NCBI GenBank assembly: GCA_002633005.1
Contig: NMRA01000836.1
Coordinates: 1 to 64,000 of the forward strand
Length of the DNA: 64,000 nt
DNA from: Phoronis australis
Lineage: Eukaryota > Animalia > Phoronida
Direction of reading: 5' to 3'
In this document: in pieces, positions 40,606 through 50,058 of the stretch
How positions within the stretch are numbered: position 1 is the stretch's first letter
Layout of the letters: every line of letters starts with the position of its first letter
Translations under genes and position numbers: made by a program
Notes under the pieces: generated by a model
Database searches by the model: none
The model's input: the letters and a program-made list of their open reading frames with translations, nothing else
What the model was told of the DNA's origin: nothing

Positions 40606-43600
40606 GAACCTAAAGAATCCACAACCCACTGTGGATACTCCTGGTCTCCAAACATTGTCTTCATAAAGTTCTGCACAAAGCTGGGAAACCTGTCCTGTAA
40701 GATACTGTTACGCACTGCTTTCATCAGTTGCATCTGAAGTGAGAATAACAATGAAGTATTGTTAACCTGCCTTATGTTAAATAACAACCTTAGATTTAGA
40801 CTCCTTAACAATAAAAAATTTCTGTCATTTCTTCCTTAGGGCTGTTCCAGTAAAATCCGTGTGGGGGGGGACGGCAGTAGAAATAAAAATTCATGGGTGG
40901 TGGTCTTCAGAAAAAAACTCAAATTATGGGTGGTCGTTCCTGTAAGAAGTGATGCATTAAAAATGGGTGGTGTTTTTTCACCTGTTAATGTCGATAGGTT
41001 GGTTACTTCAGCCGTAAAAACTCAAAAATAAATGCAATTGTCCTAACTTATCCAAATACAAAAAAGCCCATATTGCCAGTGAACAGAGTGCAATATGTTC
41101 ACTAAGCCATTAATCAAGTCATGGGCAACTCGATTTGAGCCAACTGTTTGTCTGCAGTCCTATTGAATTGAAAAGTTATGCAACACTGAACTGGTGTTAA
41201 CACATATAAGAAAATTGATGATTTTTAAATAAAAAGTATGAGGAGTAAGATAAACAAGTTCCAATATTCACTTGACATAGAAGTATAGAAGAGTTCGTGG
41301 AGACAGTTTGAGATTCATAGATCCTTATAAATGAAAAAATGTTCATTGAAATTATAGACACATGGTGAACAGAGACACCTGGTGGCTGCCAAAAGTATTG
41401 CTCACAGGCTACTTTAGTTTTTGACAATATTGGACAAGACAACTAGTTCTTGTCTGTCAGTCATCTAAGTTCTTAACAGGTCCTCCTGGAGGCAATTTGT
41501 TTGCAAGTGTTGGATTTTATATTTTAACCTATTAAAAATAATTAAAAAATTATGGGTCATGGGTTGGAGAAATAAATGAAAAATACGGGCGGTGGGTATG
41601 AAATAAAAGTGCCTTCCCCTCCCTCCCATACAGATTTTGCTGGAACAGCCCTTACTCAGGTTGCAGGTTTATCAGGAAAAAACAGTTCATATTTGATTGA
41701 GGCAATGCTTGTCAACTTGGCTTGACCCGCTATATCTGCTGAGCAAGATATTACTCACTGATAGGTCGCTAACTTTCTTAAAACTGATCTTGTCAAATAA
41801 TTGTTCCCGATTGATATTAAAAGCTATGTATGTAATAACAGACAGCCTCTCCCCCAACTCCATCTTTGAGCCCCATGGACCAGAGAGTGGTCAATTTCTT
41901 GTTTTTTCGCTGATGCTTCAATAAACTGTTCTACTGTTAATGGCAAATTACAGGAATTGGTTTCACTTTAAGATTGAGCATTTGACTACCAGCCAACCAA
42001 GTTTTGTTTTGTTGTTGCTGTTTTTTGCCATGTGGCACATTTTTCTATAATTCATAACGTGATGTACAATGGGGCCAAACCATTGTCACGATCACAGAAA
42101 GTAGCAGCGTCGCACAAGAAAATGACATTAATTAGACTATGTTTTTGAACAGTTGTCAGTTGAATACAGAGTTGATAAACTATTTGAGTGAAAGAGAGTG
42201 TTTTTGCAAGTCTCATGGTCATACAACTGCAGCTAGACGTGTGGCCAATAGATGAAGCAGGTTTTGCTTATTTCAGGGTGATCTCCAACATTATCAGTAA
42301 AACTACCACCAAAAGTTAAATCAACACGCGCCAGTCCAACATATAGCGGAGCTATAATTGGAATGAACTAATCTTCTTATTCAAGGACATCACAGTAAAA
42401 AGAACCTTAATCCACATTGAATCTGTTATCAGCAAACCAATTCTATTGTTGTAACCAGCTAAGACCTGAGTCTGATGGATATGACCTGTGATCAAACTGT
42501 GAGTAAACAATGAACAGCTGTCTAGCTTGTTATACCCTTTCATCAATCTAATACTCATAATCATAGCAACATAGAATTCTTTGCAGTTTTTACAACCAAT
42601 GTTGTACACACAATGCCTTTTCAGTGATTTAGGAATTTGTAACATATTCGCATTCGCGGTATTATTCCTCATTAAACTATGGTCAAAACAAGTTATTGTA
42701 CCTTGATGTAACACGTGTCGTACCTGATAAGTCACGTTGTGTACAGTTAGTAGTTGACAGCACACAGGTTGTTCTGCCGCGATAGAGTTGAGGTAGGAAC
42801 GTGTGTAGTCTCGACATGTTGAACACGGACAGTTCTCGTCAATTGGTCGGTAGTCATTGCTGTATTTTTGGTTCTTCAAGTTCAGTTGTCCGGTGTTAAC
42901 AAGAGCACAGCCAAATCGCTGAAGAAAAACCAGGTCATTTTGTCATCAGATGTGAACATTTCGCAGGCATGGAATTGCCCTTAGATATCCATTCTCAACC
43001 TATGGAACAATACGCTCTCAAAATGCTTGATAGTCGTAAAAATGTATCATTTGCACCAAAATTATGCTTATTGGTTTCTTAACATTCGCATAATTGCCGT
43101 GGGTTCTTCAAGTGTAATCAATCTGATATGATACTTTAAATGTCATAAAGTGATTGTTCAAAAGATGGCACAACTTACCGCTGTTCTTGTGGGGAAAACA
43201 CAGTCATACATGTCGCAGCCTAGAGCTGTGCAGACGACTAAGTCAACCGCAAACCTGAAGTAAGATAAAATAAGTATTTCAGACTACCATGTTTTGATAC
43301 TTCCACCAGTTGTTTCCAAGAAACAAGATCAACAAAATGATGTTTTGCCACACTTTACATAACCCCACTTTGATTTTAATAAAGGTTTCAAAACTGTACA
43401 GACATTAAGTTTTAAGCATCAAGATACAGTGCATGTTCCCTAGGGACGCAACACCACACCCTTCAGATAGTCCATGTCCCCTCAAGACATTACCACTCAC
43501 CACCCTACACCCACCAAATATTCTATGTCCCCTCAAGAGATGACCACTCACCCCACACCCATCAGATACCGTGGCTTGTCCTCAGGTAGCAAGTCAGTGG

Positions 43601-46600
43601 ACAGAGTGACCATACGCCAGAAGTGTTCTTTCTCTTCCCCTCCACTCAACCCTCCAATGGCAAAGCCTGGCACATCTCTCTTGGACATCTCTGATAACAC
43701 ACAGATCACAGTATATTATGACACAAGGTCTACTATATATCTGTTGCACATCTCTAACAACACAGAGGAGACAATGTGGGTTAATGGTTTGAGCACCCAT
43801 TATTTGTATGTGAGCGCAAAAGTGGCTGCTATGTGGTATAGAATCCATCTGATTCATTCAAAAACAAAAAGCTGTTGAATAGAACGTATTCGCTCAATTT
43901 CTTGAAATACTGTGATGGAGCTTGGAAGCTACTGAATGTGAAAATAGTAACTACGGAGCATAGCCGTAGTTAGATCTTACAGAAAGTCCTGATCATTTGT
44001 CTACCAAGGTATTAAGGACCCACAGCTGCAGACAAAAATTGTCACTAAGGGTTGCCACAGTACTAATGCCATTCCAAACATCAACGTTAGTCATGGTCTT
44101 ACAAATACATGTAGGCTCACACATGCAGATAGAGAAGTGGATGCTACAACAGATTCATGAATAATGAAAATGGCCACGAGACAAAGATCCTACCAGAAAT
44201 TAAGGATTACCATGAGCACACTTTCGCCGGAGCTCAGAGTCCAGACCACCTTGTACAATCGCGAACAGGTTCTGTTCACTAGGTCGCCTGTTGGCACCTA
44301 TGCATCTGTCTAACCATCGTATTGAGCGCAACATGGCTTCCTCCACTCGCGGTCCCGTTGTTGTGCTGTGAACGACGTCATCTAGTTGCATCATGATGTC
44401 AGCACCTACAGCGTTGACGAAGATTTCAAGACGACAAAATATGCACAGTCAGCTAAACAAGATGTTCCGCTAACTGAGTGAACATATTCACACATGTTTG
44501 TTTGAGCCAAGCCAGGAAGTCTACATGGTGGATCATGGCTCATGGTCTAATCTTTATACTCAAAATCGAATTCGAAAGTATTTTTGAAATTTCCGCTTCA
44601 TCTATTTTGGTACGAACTGAACAATAACAGTAAAAACGATAAGTTTATTTCAAAACAGAAAGTTTCTGAAAATATCCCCATTTCCAAAAATACGTCTGGG
44701 TTTATATTCAGTTTCACTTGATGTCATGAAGTCGTTTTCCACATATCTGTCCATGGGCCTGTTTCCAAGAATTACCAGAGTGTCATTATTTTGCTATAAA
44801 CTGACTAAAGTGTTCAAACTACTTATAATTACTAAGATACAACAAATTGGTGACAAACACCATCAAATACACCATTCTCCTACAACTACAACAGATAATG
44901 CTCACCTATAGCATTTTGTATTTCTATGGACCTCTCTGGAGTTAGCAACATCTTACTCTTGTCATGTGGCGACTCAAACTCAACTCCCTGTTCTGTGATT
45001 TCAGCCAGCTTCAACAGCGACACCATCTGGAACCCTCCCGAGTCCTGGTAAACAACCGTCATGATATTAAGGCAATTTTCACTTCACGTCAAAGCAATTT
45101 CCTTTTCAAACGATTTTAAAGTAAATTAAAAATTTTCCAGAGCCACTCACCAATTCCAATTTGTTTTTCAATCATTTATTTCTCAACTAGTGCCCCGCAG
45201 CATCATCTCTCTGTCTAAACTCGAGCTATNNNNNNNNNNNNNNNNNNNNNNNNNNNNNNNNNNNNNNNNNNNNNNNNNNNNNNNNNNNNNNNNNNNNNNN
45301 NNNNNNNNNNNNNNNNNNNNNNNNNNNNNNNNNNNNNNNNNNNNNNNNNNNNNNNNNNNNNNNNNNNNNNNNNNNNNNNNNNNNNNNNNNNNNNNNNNNN
45401 NNNNNNNNNNNNNNNNNNNNNNNNNNNNNNNNNNNNNNNNNNNNNNNNNNNNNNNNNNNNNNNNNNNNNNNNNNNNNNNNNNNNNNNNNNNNNNNNNNNN
45501 NNNNNNNNNNNNNNNNNNNNNNNNNNNNNNNNNNNNNNNNNNNNNNNNNNNNNNNNNNNNNNNNNNNNNNNNNNNNNNNNNNNNNNNNNNNNNNNNNNNN
45601 NNNNNNNNNNNNNNNNNNNNNNNNNNNNNNNNNNNNNNNNNNNNNNNNNNNNNNNNNNNNNNNNNNNNNNNNNNNNNNNNNNNNTACAATCCACAATGGC
45701 TAGAGTGTGACCCAAGTCATATGTATAATACAATCCACAATGGCTAAAGTGTGACCCAAGTCATATGTATAATACAATCCACCCTCACAACAATGTGATC
45801 CAAGTTGTGTGTACAGTCTACACTCACCGGTCGGTGGCCCAAGTGGTATCTATAATACAATCCACCCTCACAACAATGTGATCCAGGTTGTGCGTACAGT
45901 CTGCACTCACCGGTCGGTGGCCCAAGTGGTATGTATAATACAATCCACCCTCACAACAATGTGATCCAAGTTGTGCGTACAGTCTACACTCACCGGTCGG
46001 TGGCCCAAGTGGTATGTATTACCCAGCATGATCTGACAGTCCATTTCCTCCAACTGCTGTGGCACCAATCCCTTCAGTGTACCCTGGGTACCAACAGGCA
46101 TGAAAACTGGTGTGTCTACAGTGTGGTGGGGCAGACTCAGTTTGGACACTCTGAAAGGAAGTGTTCTTATGCATTATTCCTCGACAGTTAACTCCATCTG
46201 CTGGGGTGGTCTTGGTCTCACTATGTACATCATTGACAAGTCAGATAGAAAGTGATAATTTCACACCTGGACTAAACAACCAGACTACCCTTTCATAATT
46301 AAAATTATTGTTGAACACTATTGCGTTGTTTTACGGTCATAATTTGAAAATCTTCCAAATTATCTCTTTCTCTTACATGGGCGTGATTAGCCTGGAATTT
46401 CCTCTCACAGACCAGCATCTGCCATAAGATGAAATGGCCAATTTCCAATTTTGGGAACTGAACAAAGGACTGCTTCAACAAAAAGTTAGATAAGAGGTGT
46501 ATTTGTTCAAGTTGGAAGCAATTAGAGACATTGACCTCCTAAGCCTAGGGTGTCCCTCATTGCGCAAAAGGTAATTATAACAATGTGACTTTTTTAATCA

Positions 46601-49600
46601 GTGTCAGTCATAATTTGCCACAAAGCTTCACACTCCAATAGGAGCTTCACCGTCTCTACTGAGCCAGCTAGAGTATAGGCGTCCTCAGCTTCTGATCATC
46701 CCCAATACACTGTATATACTACAAGGTATGACACTCGGGACTAGGAATAACACGGGTGCTTCACTTCAGATGTCCATATCAAACACAAAACTCAATAAAT
46801 TTACACTACGGTATACAAGGTTTCCACAAACCATTAGCAATTATTGTTCTTTCTTCCAATACAATTCACAGTGTCCTGCTCCAGCGAGTTCGCAAAAAAT
46901 CGTGGTCAAAGCACAGAAATGTTCCCAAAAAGCCCAGGCGTACACCCTCCTTTGACGCGTCGAGGTCTAAGACGGTATGGAATTATCCGGCGAGTTACAC
47001 AAAGTCACGACATCAATAACTCCACACTTCGACCTGAAGATTTCGTAACCTTCTGTGATGAACCGGCAACTGCCGTCCATCCGTAACTAATCGGATAATT
47101 CCATACCATCCTTGACCTCGAACTGTCAAAGCAGAACATATGCCTGGGGTTTTTGGGAAATTTTTGTGCTTTGACCGTGAATTTTTTGCGAATTCGGTGG
47201 AGCAAGACACCGTGAATAGTATTAGAAGAAAGAACAATTGGTAATGGTTTGTTGAAACCTAGCCAGCCAGCTAGCTGTATGAAGACTATTGTCAAAATAC
47301 AGCTAGGTACCAGACAGTTTTTTTTCCATAGAAGCCGAAATTGCACACAGCCAGGGTAGTTCTGCTTGCCACCTCGCCCTTAAACCTGTACAAACATGTA
47401 GAGCTTTAGACCGAACGGGGTGCATGCAAAATCTGGGAATCAAACGACACTCACCTTGCCTGTTACAGCCGTTTAAGTGGAAAACAATCTAATAAATGTC
47501 ATTTTCTTGTGTAATCCTCCGCCTTTTCTTACAAAGAAAAGTTATGTCCTCGTTTTGAAAAAGATACCCTCATGACACGCGCACGTGCCATTTCCTAAAT
47601 TTTTGCAACATCTCTCAGGAGATGAAAATAGCTCTAGAGGGCAGCAGCAAATTTCTTCTTAAATTCTGTTTGCTGCTATCAAAATTCTAAAAACTTATAA
47701 TGAAGTGAAACCAGATCTGGTAATTTGTTGTGACATGTACGCAATCTTGTGAAAGAACAATATTTGATTGAAAACTCTGCAAAAAAGAAACTGGCCAATA
47801 GGTGATGCAATATTTCATGGCGCCGAAAGTCGACGCAGAAGATCGCTCCACATCTTTAACAGCAGCTAGAATAACAGTAGAGCGTCAATTTTTCCAAAAC
47901 CAGAAAATAATTTTATTTACTCAAATAAGTGTGCAGTTTTTAATCATGACATTAATGTTGTGTCATATTTTATCTGGATAATTTTTTACCCAAATCGGCA
48001 CAAAACTGCATATTTAGTATATACTCGGGAACGCAATGGTCGTCTGCCTAAGAATAAAACCGGCTTGTTGTCGTACTCACCCAAATATTCCACTTCAAAC
48101 TAAATGCTCTGAATAGGATTTGATTTAACTCTCACAAATATACATTATTCATTGATTCAAAATTTTTCTTTTATTTATATAGAGTTGTTTCAACTGTGCA
48201 TTGCCTTTCGGCAGCCATTTTATTATGACTCCTATGGTTGTCATATGCTGCCGCCTTTTGAAAGAACAGAAAATCACACAGAAAAAGGCCAAGAAAATAG
48301 TGGAAAGTGGTTTACAAGAATTCTAGATCAACCACAAACTGTTTTACTGGTATGATATCGATTTTTAAATCGATTAAAATCGATTCAGAATTTCAATTCT
48401 TCAAAATATATCACGATTGTTTTATTCCAGATAGACCTTAGTCATTTTCCATTTGTGATCTTGTTGTTTGACTTTTTGCTGTTGCTGTTTTTAATACCAC
48501 TTATCTCTGATGTCTTTCTTTTTCTTTTCAGGTTTTCTTCATTCTCTGTTAACACCTTGTCAGCCAAAACAGAACTGTAACCCTTTGAGACTTGGTCGGC
48601 GGAAGTTGATCATTGAACCTCGATGCAGTTGTTCTAATAAATTATACCCAATATAATATTGTTTGATTTTTTCTTACCTTTAACAGACTTTTGCAATCAT
48701 AAATAAATAAATACCCAAGTTGCATCTGCATTTTATTGCTCAATCTCTTCTTTAATTATCTCATGCTGTGTTGTATGTAACAATGCATTATAATGAAATG
48801 TCAATGTTTTACTTTATTGGTGGCCACTCTCTATCAACTCAAGTATTTCAATTTTCTTCACATAAATCCGAAATGCCTGAACCAAAAATTTCAACATAAA
48901 TGTTGAGCTCAGTACTGTGTTTTGCAATAAAAAACAAGTGGACAATATTTTGATGACCAATGCATGGGCCAAAACTGTTAAGCACCCAGCGTGTTCCATT
49001 TGTCTGCTGCGTTTTTCCTTTGGCCCAACAGGTGTCAGTTAGTGCCTGGGAAGAATACGATAAATACATTGCATAAACAATTCCAGGGTGGTTCTTTGTT
49101 TCGTCTGAAGAAAATTTAATTTCGAAAATATTTTCTGAAAATGAACAAAAAGTGCAATAGTAAAATCTACAGATTTTTAAGTGGTTTCAAAAAACAGTCG
49201 GTAAATGCACTGATTTTTGTCTCAGTTCTTCGATGCGTGTCACTCCCGAGAGGTTAGTACCTTAGTAAGGTGTAGACGACCACTCTAGATTGGAACACTA
49301 AGTCCCACGTGGCTGCTCTGCACGCGAAAGAAGATGGCGGACGACCATTGGAGCCTGACAACGATCGGATAGGTATCCGGACTATACAGCTTTGCACCAA
49401 GACTAGTAGGCAATGACCATCGCCTCTGTTGGCCCTCTGCTCTGGTTCGGGCCAACAGAGGCGATGGTCATTGCCTACAAGACTAGTTGAAACCCTGTTT
49501 TGTGTAATTTATTGAGTTTCGTGTTTGATATGGACGGCTAAAGTGAAGCACTCATAAAATTCCTTGACCCGAGTGTCATACCTTGTAGTATTATATGTAG

Positions 49601-49852
49601 TGTATTGGGGACGATCAGAAGCTGAGGACGCCTGTGCACTAAACACTCACAAAATCAACGCCAACGGAATGGATCGAACGACTTCATGTCATGGAGCTCG
49701 TTTTAACCCACGTCTCTACAAAACAGGTCCTACGTTATTCATTTCAGCGGAGATACTGACTGCTATTATAGAAATAACACAAACCTGGCTTTTGTTGTGG
49801 AACATTTGGCAATAATTTTGAATGTGAGTGCGTGTTTATTGGAGGCCGCCAT
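40578..49852 (-). CDS. QTRT1: Queuine tRNA-ribosyltransferase catalytic subunit 1 (eukaryotic TGT)
   Basis: Minus-strand exons 49785-49852 ([23 protein letters not shown]), 45994-46150 ([11 protein letters not shown]...[11 protein letters not shown]), [one exon expected in the N gap], 44906-45044 ([10 protein letters not shown]), 44211-44405 (DIMMQLDD...AIVQGG), 43552-43690 (AIGGLSGGE...PRYLMGVG), 43179-43254 ([14 protein letters not shown]), 42724-42918 (CPCSTC...H zinc site), 40578-40733. All GT-AG and phase-consistent. Confidence 0.96.
40839..41651. mobile_element. Non-autonomous PIF/Harbinger-type element, TTA TSD, in the last QTRT1 intron
   Basis: TIR GGGCTGTTCCAGTAAAATC / GATTTTGCTGGAACAGCCC; TTA at 40836-40838 and 41652-41654. 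Confidence 0.85.
42260..42645 (-). mobile_element. Penelope-like element relic (GIY-YIG endonuclease C-terminus)
   Basis: [17 protein letters not shown]...[16 protein letters not shown]...[10 protein letters not shown]...SLN fits the PLE GIY-YIG pattern VY.I.C..C...YVG...H..TGH...E...I...LN; followed by a decayed hammerhead-like string (CUGAUAAUG...UGAAA) at ~42266-42297. Confidence 0.75.
45230..45684. other. Assembly gap (455 N), likely hiding QTRT1 exon 3
   Basis: N run between exon 2 (ends GHRP) and the DSGGFQ exon; the conserved TGT segment G....GGLH.FM.W...LT is absent from the visible sequence. Confidence 0.9.
45685..46018. repeat. 83-bp tandem repeat (3 copies plus 44-bp derivatives) containing the QTRT1 exon 2 end and splice donor
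   Basis: Units start at 45773, 45856 and 45939; each contains cactcaccggtcggtggcccaagtggtat. Confidence 0.9.
47260..49485. mobile_element. ~2.2-kb insertion with TAG...CTA termini and 9-bp TSD GTTGAAACC
   Basis: TSD at 47251-47259 and 49486-49494; weak TIR (tagc...agctgtat / atacagct...agacta); both end sequences recur together in a miniature at ~31910-32009. Confidence 0.7.
49407..49477. mobile_element. 71-bp perfect hairpin mini-element with 9-bp TSD CAAGACTAG
   Basis: 29-bp perfect TIR TAGGCAATGACCATCGCCTCTGTTGGCCC, 13-nt loop; TSD at 49398-49406 and 49478-49486. Confidence 0.88.
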
Positions 49853-50058
49853 TGTGTGCAAAAACAATAAAAAACTATCAATGTTTATGAAATATTCAGA
49901 ATGATTCCTTTATTATGAGTTGTAACCTTTTCGAATTTATTTCTTCAGTGAATATCATTAGACAGACTTGTTTTTCATTTTTCACACATTTGTGCACGAT
50001 TTTAGTATTTTCTAGACACACCACTCGGTGGCGTTGTTGTGTACTCCAAAGCGGAGAA
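49853..50058. promoter_or_regulatory. Putative compact bidirectional promoter / 5' UTRs shared by QTRT1 and DOLPP1
   Basis: Divergent ATGs at 49852 (-) and 50059 (+) are separated by 206 bp. Transcription starts are not mapped. Confidence 0.7.

Larger units (their letters stand above)
46677..49633. mobile_element. Foldback element with ~320-bp inverted arms, right arm interrupted by an insertion
   Basis: Left arm 46677-46998 is the reverse complement of 47083-47259 plus 49486-49633. Confidence 0.75.

Noticed and set aside
45183-45747. Long poly-X ORFs in the ORF track
   Set aside because: Artefacts of the N gap.
47455-47560. Candidate QTRT1 first exon with a GTGAGT donor
   Set aside because: Stop codon in the required frame; it lies within the 47260-49485 insertion, and the true exon 1 is at 49785-49852.
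49240-49335. Possible SINE core-like segment (…taagtcccacgtgg…tgcacgcgaaagaa)
   Set aside because: Resemblance is too short and degenerate to support without a search.
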